Below, one piece after another: positions 51,990-60,696 of a stretch of 64,000 nt of DNA. This stretch comes from a virus. The first letter of the stretch is position 1; each line of letters begins with the position of its first letter. The DNA is taken from IMG/VR virus record IMGVR_UViG_3300042445_000711, positions 11,569 through 75,568 of that record; one strand, 5' to 3'. The notes under the pieces are model-generated. The model saw only the letters and a list, made by a program, of their open reading frames with translations, did no database searches and had not been told where the DNA came from. The position numbers were made by a program, and so were the translations under genes.

Positions 51990-51990
51990 A

Positions 51991-52638
51991 TTAAACTACT
52001 TCGTATCCTTGTAAAAAGAATTTATTTGAATTTTTATATTTAACTTCAACCATTTCACCATCTGGTGATTTCATTACAACTAAATCGTTTCTACCATAAT
52101 TTTTACGAACAGTACGAGTAGTTGAATAAATTCTATCTTTAATTGTAATTCCATCTAAATGGTCAATTTCATGCTGAACAATAACCGTCATCATAGTTTC
52201 AGCAGAAACTCTATCATTTGCTTTATCTCCTTCTGGATTAATTTCAAATGTCAATTCTCCTAAATTATCAGTTTGTACAATAACTTTTGTAGAACGAATG
52301 GTTCTCAAAGGAGCAGTTACTGTTTTTGGAATAGATAAACATCCTTCGTAAAATAAAAACCCGTCTTTACTACGTTCTTTGATAATTGGATTTAATAAGA
52401 ATAATTCCATTCCACTTACATCATCCCCAAATTTAATATAACAAGCTCTTTTCTTAATTCCCAATTGAGTTGCTGAAATACCTAAACCTGGATATGTTTC
52501 TAATCCTTTTTTAAGTGTTTGTTCTAATTCTTCTGCTTCTTCTTTTGTAAATAAAGAATATGGGGTTGGTGTTTTTAAGAATTCTGTAAATTCTTTGGAT
52601 GTTAAACCGTTTGTGTTTTTATCCGTAATTAATTTCAT
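51991..52638 (-). CDS. def: Peptide deformylase with degenerate SEC-C-like tail
   Basis: GLGISATQLG, EGCLS, QHEIDHLDG; C-terminal GRND...KYK. Confidence 0.93.
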   Translation of the reverse strand: MKLITDKNTNGLTSKEFTEFLKTPTPYSLFTKEEAEELEQTLKKGLETYPGLGISATQLGIKKRACYIKFGDDVSGMELFLLNPIIKERSKDGFLFYEGCLSIPKTVTAPLRTIRSTKVIVQTDNLGELTFEINPEGDKANDRVSAETMMTVIVQHEIDHLDGITIKDRIYSTTRTVRKNYGRNDLVVMKSPDGEMVEVKYKNSNKFFLQGYEVV

Positions 52639-53429
52639 TTGTTTATTTTTAAATTATTAATTTTATCAAAAATTATTTTTGCTATTTTTTTATTTCCTTC
52701 TAATCCAGAATGTCCATCTGGAATTTGATTATTCGTATCATCCATTATTCTTAATTTATTTTTTTCTGTAAAAACATATAAATCATACACAAATTCTTCA
52801 AATTTTATTAAATTATTTTTTATTTTTTCATCTCCTCCCAATCTTGGTTGTAAAAAGTATGGTGGTGATGTTAGTAAAAAATTAACATTATTATAAAATA
52901 AATAATCTATAAAAAAATCATTATTCATTTTCATAGTTTTTTCTTGAATATCAAAATCAATAGTTTCTCTCATAAAATCATAAACCAACGGTTTAATTAA
53001 TTTTTCAACATTTTTATATGATGAAATAAAATATGTTTGAGCTACATCTAAATTTTGAATATAACCATCTTTATTAAATGAATAATTGGCAATAAAATAA
53101 TCATTTATAGATTTTGAATAATATTCTTTTCTGCCAATAATTGAAAATTCTAATAATAATAATTTTTCATCATTTGGTGTTCCATTATTTAATACATCAT
53201 ATACCAAACGATACATTCTTTCATTACCATAACCAGATTTTGCATGATTATAAACTTTTATATCACTACCAACTAATTTTTTTAATTGTCCTGGATATGA
53301 GTAGTTTTCTTTTGTAAATGGTTGTTCATTATAGAATTTTTTTAATTCTATGCCTTTTTCTTTATGCATAAACTCAAAACCACCTCCTTCTGTGTGAGAC
53401 GTTCCAAAACAATGTATTTCTTTAATCAT
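52635..53429 (-). CDS. SGNH-like protein
   Basis: CFGTSHTEG, NHAKSGYGN, DGHSG..GN. Confidence 0.6.
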   Translation of the reverse strand: MIKEIHCFGTSHTEGGGFEFMHKEKGIELKKFYNEQPFTKENYSYPGQLKKLVGSDIKVYNHAKSGYGNERMYRLVYDVLNNGTPNDEKLLLLEFSIIGRKEYYSKSINDYFIANYSFNKDGYIQNLDVAQTYFISSYKNVEKLIKPLVYDFMRETIDFDIQEKTMKMNNDFFIDYLFYNNVNFLLTSPPYFLQPRLGGDEKIKNNLIKFEEFVYDLYVFTEKNKLRIMDDTNNQIPDGHSGLEGNKKIAKIIFDKINNLKINK

Positions 53430-53628
53430 TTATACCATATTTAACCCATTTATACCAAACTCTTTCATGAAAGAAGTATATTATGGGTTTTATTATTAAT
53501 TCACCAATACCTACAATTCCTGCCCATTTTATGGGTAATCCAGCTAAAATAGCCAATAAAACGGTTGTAAATGTACCTAAAATACGATAACTAACCGATT
53601 TTAGTATATGTCTCTTATAATGTACCAT
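53422..53628 (-). CDS. DUF2061-like small membrane protein
   Basis: RHILKSVSYRILGT...E...K..IYFFHERVW. Confidence 0.8.
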   Translation of the reverse strand: MVHYKRHILKSVSYRILGTFTTVLLAILAGLPIKWAGIVGIGELIIKPIIYFFHERVWYKWVKYGIND

Positions 53629-53953
53629 TTCTTATAGAAGTTCCACTTATTTTACCTATTTCTTGTGGTGGTTCGTGGTATATTACATCATATCCAACAT
53701 ATCTACCATAATTAACTGATTCAATATCAGGTATAACAGAAATATATAACCTGCCTGTTGAAACATATCCTCTTAAAGTTTCGGTTAAATCCATCATTAC
53801 TTGTTGTGCAGTTTTTGGGTTATTTTCATCCCTATTTACATCTCTAATGGCAATCCATACATTTTTACCCTTTTGAAATTGTTGGTCTATCAACCATTGA
53901 TGACCTTCGTGCCAAGTTTGCCATCTTCCGATGAATAATGCGTACTTTTTCAT
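53615..53953 (-). CDS. Minimal HxGH (cytidylyltransferase-like) nucleotidyltransferase
   Basis: FIGRWQTWHEGH, ISGTSIR. Confidence 0.8.
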   Translation of the reverse strand: MKKYALFIGRWQTWHEGHQWLIDQQFQKGKNVWIAIRDVNRDENNPKTAQQVMMDLTETLRGYVSTGRLYISVIPDIESVNYGRYVGYDVIYHEPPQEIGKISGTSIRNGTL

Positions 53954-53956
53954 AAT

Positions 53957-54859
53957 TTAACTAATAAATGGTAATATTGCTAATTCTTTTGCTTTTGCTT
54001 CAACCATAATGTCCACAACCATATTGTATGTATTGGGGATGGATGTAATATAATCGGAATGTGCTTGTGCTTTAATTTTTGTATTGTTTTCATGCAGTGC
54101 TTTTGATTCTGAATAATGTACAACGGGAGTAACACCACTTTTTCTCCATGTAGAGGTTGCAAGTAATAGAGCTTGTCTTTCTGATAACCCACCTGTACAA
54201 AACTGATGATGGTGGTAATCGAATACAATTGGAATACCAATCTTTGCATGGATATACATTAAATCTGCAACAGAGTACATACTCTCCTTATCATCATTCT
54301 CCACTGTCAATCGTTTCCTTACACTCTCAGAGAGTTTCTCAAAGTTAGCACAGAATCTATCCATTGCACTAATTTTATCTCCGTAGACACCATTACAATG
54401 AATATTAATCTTATTGTATGGGGTAAATTCTAAACCTAATAAGTCAAACAATTTACCATGTAACTCTAAATCTCTAATAGTGTTTTCTACTACCTTTGGA
54501 TTAGGAGAAACTAACACATTAAACGGACCTGGATGGGATGTAAGTCTAACACCGTTTTCTTTGGCATAATTACCACAACCTTTTAAGATATTTGATATTT
54601 TTGTGAAATCTGGCATATCCTCTACGTTGTATTCGGATGCCCACGGCAACATATCAGATGAAATACGGAATAGTTTGATACCATTCTTAACATTCCATTT
54701 GATAATCTCAAATAAATCACGAGAGTTTTGTAGTGCTAATTCGGAAGCATAAGAAATACCTTTTTGTGTAAAGGTTTTCTTAACCATACTACGATTGGTA
54801 GTGATTTTAGGAGTTTGTTCTCCTAACGTCATATTAATACATGCATATCCTATATTCAT
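53957..54859 (-). CDS. uvsE: UV damage endonuclease UvsE/UvdE; start revised to 54859
   Basis: IGYACIN, FRISSD, HPGPF, INIH, ENDDK, FDYHHH, HYSES, AHSDY, EAKAKE. Confidence 0.95.
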   Translation of the reverse strand: MNIGYACINMTLGEQTPKITTNRSMVKKTFTQKGISYASELALQNSRDLFEIIKWNVKNGIKLFRISSDMLPWASEYNVEDMPDFTKISNILKGCGNYAKENGVRLTSHPGPFNVLVSPNPKVVENTIRDLELHGKLFDLLGLEFTPYNKINIHCNGVYGDKISAMDRFCANFEKLSESVRKRLTVENDDKESMYSVADLMYIHAKIGIPIVFDYHHHQFCTGGLSERQALLLATSTWRKSGVTPVVHYSESKALHENNTKIKAQAHSDYITSIPNTYNMVVDIMVEAKAKELAILPFIS

Positions 54860-54863
54860 AAAA

Positions 54864-54894
54864 CAAATATACAAAATTTATTTTATAAAACCAA
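54864..54894 (-). promoter_or_regulatory. Bacteroidota primary-sigma promoter
   Basis: TTG-N20-TATATTTG, ending 4 nt before the uvsE ATG. Confidence 0.75.
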
Positions 54895-54896
54895 GC

Positions 54897-55229
54897 TTAT
54901 ATAGAAAAACTTTCACCACAACCACAAGTTCTACTTGCATTCGGGTTACCCCATTGAAAACCTTTACCGTTTAAACCATCGGAATAGGTTAATTCTGTAC
55001 CAGCTAGATAAAGAAGTGATTTACGGTCTATTATTACTTTTAATTCTGTATCAGTTTTAACTACATCATCTGTTTTTTGAATTGTATCATCAAAATCCAT
55101 TACATAAGATAAACCACTACAACCACCACCTTCTACACCGACTCTTAAATAGTGTGTAGTTGGGTTTATTCCCTTTTCCACCATTAAAGATGAAATGTGG
55201 TTTAATGCTATTTCTGAAATTGTTATCAT
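54897..55229 (-). CDS. iscA: A-type Fe-S cluster carrier (IscA/SufA/HesB)
   Basis: LRVGVEGGGCSGLSY, NPNASRTCGCGESF. Confidence 0.93.
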   Translation of the reverse strand: MITISEIALNHISSLMVEKGINPTTHYLRVGVEGGGCSGLSYVMDFDDTIQKTDDVVKTDTELKVIIDRKSLLYLAGTELTYSDGLNGKGFQWGNPNASRTCGCGESFSI

Positions 55230-56299
55230 TAGTAGATTTTTGTATTTTCTTCTTCGTTTTTAATCTTAATGAGCTCTCTCATAGAACCTTTTTTTGAATT
55301 TATCCAATATTGAACTGCTTTTGGATTATTTATCCACAATGATTTTTTAGACCAGGGAAACTCAGGATGCATAAATTCTTCCCATTGTAAATTTTGAATT
55401 TCTTCTTCGTTTGATGAAATATTTTCCACTATAAATTCGGGTTCTTCCTCAATTGGTAAATTTTTTCCACCATCTCCGTAAACTTGGTAAGTTTTTTCCA
55501 CTAATTCGGAATTTTGTCGAATTACCTCATCTAATTTGACATTTTCTGTTAAATTTTCTTCTTCTTTTCGGTTTTTAACACCTACTAACCCATTGAATGC
55601 AATAATTAGAGCAACTGCAAGAGGGTCAAACACTATAACAATGATAAAAATAAAGAATTTTACAACATTTTTCAATTCTACACCAAATGCTTCGGCAACA
55701 AACCTAAACCCACCTACTTCTTTTTCTAAATCTAAGTTAGAAATCTTAATTTGGTTAATTTTTTCAATTTCTTCACTATTTTGGCTTTGTAAATTTGAAA
55801 TTTTGGTGTTAATCTTAGCAATTTGCTTGTCTCTGTTATCAATTGAACGAATAAGACGAGAGTTTACCTTACCACCATCCAATATTTTACCTTGATTAGT
55901 GTTAAATTCGGTAATTTGGGTAGAAAGTTGCTCAATTTGAGTAGTATTTTGGTCGATTTTTGTTTGATGAACGGCAATCTCCCTATCTACTTGTTGTAGT
56001 TGAAGTGATTGTGCTTGAAATGCATTTGATAAATAACCAAAAATACCCGCTGATGTGATTAACATAAGAATTACAACAGATATTGTTAAATATACCTTAT
56101 TGAAACCCTGTATGTCATCCCACTTTTGTTTTAAATAAGTAGCAGTTACTAATTTGGCAAATTCCAAAGAACCTGCCATCACCATTACTGCCGTTGATGC
56201 TCCACTAAATAGAACACCCAAACCAGTTACAGAGAAATAAGCTGCACATCCTGCAACCAAAATTGCAGATATACCCACTAAATATTTAAGCCAATTCAT
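55229..56299 (-). CDS. Multi-pass membrane protein with coiled coil
   Basis: Three N-terminal TM helices, coiled coil, IIVIVFDPLAVAL TM helix. Confidence 0.65.
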   Translation of the reverse strand: MNWLKYLVGISAILVAGCAAYFSVTGLGVLFSGASTAVMVMAGSLEFAKLVTATYLKQKWDDIQGFNKVYLTISVVILMLITSAGIFGYLSNAFQAQSLQLQQVDREIAVHQTKIDQNTTQIEQLSTQITEFNTNQGKILDGGKVNSRLIRSIDNRDKQIAKINTKISNLQSQNSEEIEKINQIKISNLDLEKEVGGFRFVAEAFGVELKNVVKFFIFIIVIVFDPLAVALIIAFNGLVGVKNRKEEENLTENVKLDEVIRQNSELVEKTYQVYGDGGKNLPIEEEPEFIVENISSNEEEIQNLQWEEFMHPEFPWSKKSLWINNPKAVQYWINSKKGSMRELIKIKNEEENTKIY

Positions 56300-56485
56300 T
56301 TATTCTCGTTCAATGTTTATTAATTCTGCCATTCTATCAGAAACTTTTCTAATATCGTGAACTAATTGAATAACATCTTTTGGTTCAAGTTTCATAGCAC
56401 CAGATGCTGCTCCTTCTAAAACTCTTAACTTGCCATCCAATACTGTTAATAAGTTTTGGATTTGACTTTTGTACATCATACTCAT
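56300..56485 (-). CDS. Small hypothetical protein
   Basis: 61-aa ORF preceded by ATATTTATT at 56489-56497. Confidence 0.55.
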   Translation of the reverse strand: MSMMYKSQIQNLLTVLDGKLRVLEGAASGAMKLEPKDVIQLVHDIRKVSDRMAELINIERE

Positions 56486-56506
56486 AGTAATAAATATTTA
56501 TTTATA

Positions 56507-56537
56507 AAAAAAGGTAGGAACTATATGCTCCTACCTT
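56507..56537 (-). terminator. Rho-independent terminator after hsp20
   Basis: AAGGTAGGA...TCCTACCTT stem followed by a T-run on the minus strand. Confidence 0.7.
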
Positions 56538-56562
56538 CTAAATATACGAAAAATAACTTATA

Positions 56563-56958
56563 TTACCTAATATTAATAGATAATTTTTTTGCCTTTCTTT
56601 CATCCTTCTTATCGATGATGATTGAAAGTACTCCATAATTGAACTTAGCTTCCGATTTTGTACCATCATAATCATTACCCAATTTAAAGCTAAAATCAAT
56701 ATCTTTAATTAACGCAGTTCTAGAACCTTCTGGTTTTGTGGATTTAATTGTAATCCTATCTTCAGTTGCTTCTAAATTGATTTGTTTAGGGTCGTGTCCT
56801 AATACACTCACAACCAATTCAATTTTACCATCTTCCAATGCCTTTGTAGTATAATCAGAAAATACGTTTTGTTTAGCATGAGAAAATAGATTATCCCAAT
56901 CTAAAAATAAATCGTTTAAATTTGCTTTGTAGCTAGTTGTACTGTTAAATGTGCTCAT
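56563..56958 (-). CDS. Small heat-shock protein (Hsp20/alpha-crystallin)
   Basis: VLGHDPKQINL, F.L....D....EAKFNYGVLSI.I.K, K.LSINI. Confidence 0.85.
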   Translation of the reverse strand: MSTFNSTTSYKANLNDLFLDWDNLFSHAKQNVFSDYTTKALEDGKIELVVSVLGHDPKQINLEATEDRITIKSTKPEGSRTALIKDIDFSFKLGNDYDGTKSEAKFNYGVLSIIIDKKDERKAKKLSINIR

Positions 56959-56991
56959 AATAATAATTTTTTAAAGTTTAAATATAGTATT

Positions 56992-57052
56992 CCAATTTCT
57001 ACACCAAAACAAAAAAGTATGACAAAATGTCATACTTTCTGTAAAAGTGTCA
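56992..57052 (-). promoter_or_regulatory. Sigma54-like -24/-12 element with upstream TGACA-N3-TGTCA palindrome (may also act as a terminator)
   Basis: TTGGTGTAGAAATTGG at 56992-57007; AAAGTATGACA-AAA-TGTCATACTTT at 57014-57038; degenerate copy at 57040-57052. Confidence 0.5.
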
Positions 57053-57061
57053 TATATTTTA

Positions 57062-57709
57062 TTATCCTAATATTTGTTGTCTTTCTACAATTGTACTCAT
57101 ATAATCTGCCCAATGTAATACATACTGAATTGTATATTTTAGAGATTTTGATAAATCAAAAGTTTTGTAATATTTTTCGTTATCCTCGTCAAACATACCA
57201 TCTGTAAGTTTAATTCCAAAATATTCCTTTTCATTATACTGAATACCATAGTGATTTAAAGTATAAAAAGTTCTATCAGTAATTGTCATAAATGTAATAT
57301 TCTCATTACGTTTGTAATACTCACCTCTATTCTTAATATGCCAATCTGAATCATTAGCTACATAATGTAGTTCTCCTTTGATTCCTAATTTACCTAAATC
57401 GTGATGTAATGCTGCAAATAATAATTCTTCATCTGTAAAATCAATCTTACCACCTGCTGATACAAATAGTTCTTTTACTTTTAGAGCATTCTTACAAACA
57501 TTAAAAATATGGTCAATATAACCACCATCGTATGCATTATGGAATCCTTTGTTGCCTGATGCTGGAGAGACCGTTAGATTCAATCCTAACTCATCTGGTG
57601 AGTACATAAATAACAACTTTTCTAATCGTTCTCCTGTAAAGTACTTTTTAAGGATTTCGATAAATTTGTTGTAATTTGCTTCTAATTCTTGTTCTGTTTT
57701 TTCTTTCAT
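57062..57709 (-). CDS. HD-domain phosphohydrolase
   Basis: PAS...FH.AY.GGY.DH, ALHHDLGK, LHWAD. Confidence 0.85.
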   Translation of the reverse strand: MKEKTEQELEANYNKFIEILKKYFTGERLEKLLFMYSPDELGLNLTVSPASGNKGFHNAYDGGYIDHIFNVCKNALKVKELFVSAGGKIDFTDEELLFAALHHDLGKLGIKGELHYVANDSDWHIKNRGEYYKRNENITFMTITDRTFYTLNHYGIQYNEKEYFGIKLTDGMFDEDNEKYYKTFDLSKSLKYTIQYVLHWADYMSTIVERQQILG

Positions 57710-57746
57710 GTTGCTTTAAAGTTTAAGTATAGTAAAAAAGATAAAT

Positions 57747-57777
57747 CAAATATACGAAATATTTTTAACTTTTCCAA
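57747..57777 (-). promoter_or_regulatory. Bacteroidota primary-sigma promoter
   Basis: TTG-N20-TATATTTG upstream of the HD gene. Confidence 0.75.
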
Positions 57778-57778
57778 G

Positions 57779-58096
57779 TTATTTTAAATAAATTTCTTTT
57801 TTTGTTAAAATTTTGTAAAGTATTTCAACCTCTTCTTCAAATTCTAATTCAGGAAGGTCATCATCAAATAATCGCAAAGTATATTCTACATTACCATCAT
57901 CATTAAAATATGCATCAGATTCGGAACTAAATAATGCAGGTATTCTTTCAATATCTGGTATCTCTTCTTCATCAATATCAATTAAGGGTATTACATAGTA
58001 ATGGTACGAATCTAAGCCGTCTTCTACTTCTAATCTATGAGACTTCCATTTTTGAAAGCTAGATTCTGTTATGGGTGTTTGTGGAACTATAATCAT
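57779..58096 (-). CDS. Acidic hypothetical protein; start revised to ATG at 58096
   Basis: The ORF-track TTG start lies inside the promoter -7 box. Confidence 0.6.
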   Translation of the reverse strand: MIIVPQTPITESSFQKWKSHRLEVEDGLDSYHYYVIPLIDIDEEEIPDIERIPALFSSESDAYFNDDGNVEYTLRLFDDDLPELEFEEEVEILYKILTKKEIYLK

Positions 58097-58099
58097 ATC

Positions 58100-58131
58100 C
58101 AAAGATACGAAAAGTTTTTTAAATTAACAAA
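58100..58131 (-). promoter_or_regulatory. Bacteroidota primary-sigma promoter
   Basis: TTTG-N20-TATCTTTG. Confidence 0.75.
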
Positions 58132-58893
58132 TTAAATTAACTTTTTATGTTTACAAAAATCAAACAATTTATTAGCATATTCTTTGTTGTGAGTATCAGT
58201 TGCATGTTTACCATCTATTGAGAATTCTCTAAAGTTACCATAATCACCATCGAATCTATAATCATCTATTACACTATCATCATTCAAAAAAGAACCGTTC
58301 CAAGTGTATGGTATTTTTTTATTTTGTAATAGATTAGTTATCAACAAATGATTCTTATACCAATTTATTAAATCATTTTCATCGTGTGTTATTCTGGCAA
58401 TTGCTTTATATTCTTCTATACCTTCTTTGTTCTCTTCAAAATATCCCCAAGGGTTCATATGAAATGGTTCTAATTCTCCACCATATCTGTAGTATTCTTT
58501 TCTTGATGGATATGTGTACATAATATTGACAAGATTAGGTCTGAAAGTATCAACTAACGAAACTATACATCTTGCTATATAATCATTACTTCTACCACCA
58601 AATCCTACATTTAAATCAACTCCTTTATCTATTAATCTTGAAAAATAATGTGGCCAAGTTTGATTATCAGATACACCAACTCCTTCAGTATGAGAGCATC
58701 CAACTGATAAAATTCTAAATCCATCTTTATAGATTGAATCTCCTCTGAATCCCATTTCATTATAAGTGTAAACATTAGTTCCGCTTTCATCTGAACCAGA
58801 GCCATTAAATGTTTGATTTCTTCTTTCAGCTAAATTCCATTTATAAGTAGCAACATCGAACTCATCTTTTTTCCAATACTTTATAGATTTCAT
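58132..58893 (-). CDS. SGNH-like protein
   Basis: YNEMGFRG, SVGCSHTEGVG, N.G.GG.SND, DGKH. Confidence 0.7.
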   Translation of the reverse strand: MKSIKYWKKDEFDVATYKWNLAERRNQTFNGSGSDESGTNVYTYNEMGFRGDSIYKDGFRILSVGCSHTEGVGVSDNQTWPHYFSRLIDKGVDLNVGFGGRSNDYIARCIVSLVDTFRPNLVNIMYTYPSRKEYYRYGGELEPFHMNPWGYFEENKEGIEEYKAIARITHDENDLINWYKNHLLITNLLQNKKIPYTWNGSFLNDDSVIDDYRFDGDYGNFREFSIDGKHATDTHNKEYANKLFDFCKHKKLI

Positions 58894-59456
58894 ATTATAT
58901 CAACATTATTATTAAAAAGTTTGTTATAATACACATTTTGAATTTTAACTTTGTCAATTAGCCAATTAATTTCATTTGGATGTGTGTTTTTTAAAATTTC
59001 AAATAACTCATCTTTTGACCACCACATTTTATAGTTGTTAAAATTATATTCATCCGAATTGTATTCAACGGTATAACCTAAATTTTTTAATAATTCGGTT
59101 AAATTTTCTAATTTTACTATTTGAATATCTTCACCATATTTTTTTTTGTAATAATAAAAGTATTCGTAAAAACGAACACACCAATGAGTAACTCCATGTG
59201 GACTAACAAAATCTTTTAATTTATGATGAAAATTATTACTTTCACCGGATTTATTTATAAATTCTAAAGTTTCTGTATGGAGTGCGGTTATTAAATGGCT
59301 CATTGGGTCTCTTACCACTATGTATTTTACTTTTGGAAATTCTAAATATTCGAAATGATTAAATTTAATTCTTTCATTTTCCCAAATTTTATTCAAATAT
59401 CTACTACCACATTTTACTGGAACCATTACCGTATTATTATATATTTTTATATCCAT
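58890..59456 (-). CDS. Sulfotransferase-like protein
   Basis: PVKCGSRYL (5'-PSB-like), VVRDP (3'-PB-like), VKLENL. Confidence 0.55.
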   Translation of the reverse strand: MDIKIYNNTVMVPVKCGSRYLNKIWENERIKFNHFEYLEFPKVKYIVVRDPMSHLITALHTETLEFINKSGESNNFHHKLKDFVSPHGVTHWCVRFYEYFYYYKKKYGEDIQIVKLENLTELLKNLGYTVEYNSDEYNFNNYKMWWSKDELFEILKNTHPNEINWLIDKVKIQNVYYNKLFNNNVDII

Positions 59457-59457
59457 T

Positions 59458-60696
59458 TTAAATTAAGGTTTTAGAAACAAATATGGTTTTAATATCATAT
59501 AGTTTATCTAAAAAAGTTTCTTTATATATTTTTTTACGATACTCTAAATTAAAATATAGTTCCTGATTAAATTTACATATTTCTAATACTTCTTTACTAT
59601 CATAAATATTTGATAATTCTAATGCACTATCTATAATTTTTTTTATTTTATCCTCACCATCCATTTCATCATAGTCCTCATTAATAACCGAATTAAATGT
59701 TTTGAATCCCATATCTCTTAATGTTTTAAGGTAATGTTTTGATGGCGCATATATAACAAATGGAACACCTAAATAGATTGCTTTCCATGTTTTTTCTGTA
59801 AGGTGTATTGAATTTTTATATAACATAGTTTCTATTATAATATTAACTTTACTTTTATAATACCAGTTTGGGTTTATGGTGTATAAAAACTCATCTAAAT
59901 ATGATAATTGACTACCATATATTACATCATCTTCCAATTGAATTGATTTAAAGTTATCTACATTTATATTTAGTTCTAATAATAATTTTTTATTTATTTG
60001 ATTAATAGGTACTGCGTTGTGTACCCAAGTAAATCGAGTATCTCTTAATAACCTTTTATTAAACAATTCTTCAATAATTTGATATTTTTTAAAATTCATT
60101 CTTCTATTCAAACATAAAAAAGTTTTATCTGGTTTGATTGTTTTTTTAATAGTAGTATCACTAACATAACCAATCATATGATTATAGGTTGATAAAAAAA
60201 AATTAGGAAAAAAACACGTATTTAATATAAAACTACCATATTTTGCTAAATTATGGATTGGATTATACTTACTTCTTTTATCTATACCAATATCAGATGA
60301 ATCATTATTTGCAATAATTAATCTATTAGAATCAATTTTATTTCTATTTAATGCATTAAAAAAATTTAAATGTTTTTCATCTAACCAAAGCACAGCCTCT
60401 CCTGTATTATCCATTATAAAATAAAAATTTTTATTTTGTAATTTAATTAATAAATTTATAAATTTATTATAATTAGTATGTGATAAATTTATATTTTCTG
60501 GAAATTCTTTAATTTTATCGGCATCTGAATTTGTCCATTCGGTTTCTAATAAAAAAATTAAAAAATTTAATTTTGTGGAGTCTATTTCATCAATAGAAAT
60601 ATTTTTAAATAAAATAGTATTATCTATTTTTTCAATTGTTTCTTTAATATTTGTACAACTAGAATAAAAATCACAATACCAGAATTGTATTTCCAT
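59458..60696 (-). CDS. GT10-like glycosyltransferase-family protein
   Basis: FLCLNRR, VNIIIET...LTEKTWKAIYLGVPFVI, LRDMGFKTF. Confidence 0.55.
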   Translation of the reverse strand: MEIQFWYCDFYSSCTNIKETIEKIDNTILFKNISIDEIDSTKLNFLIFLLETEWTNSDADKIKEFPENINLSHTNYNKFINLLIKLQNKNFYFIMDNTGEAVLWLDEKHLNFFNALNRNKIDSNRLIIANNDSSDIGIDKRSKYNPIHNLAKYGSFILNTCFFPNFFLSTYNHMIGYVSDTTIKKTIKPDKTFLCLNRRMNFKKYQIIEELFNKRLLRDTRFTWVHNAVPINQINKKLLLELNINVDNFKSIQLEDDVIYGSQLSYLDEFLYTINPNWYYKSKVNIIIETMLYKNSIHLTEKTWKAIYLGVPFVIYAPSKHYLKTLRDMGFKTFNSVINEDYDEMDGEDKIKKIIDSALELSNIYDSKEVLEICKFNQELYFNLEYRKKIYKETFLDKLYDIKTIFVSKTLI

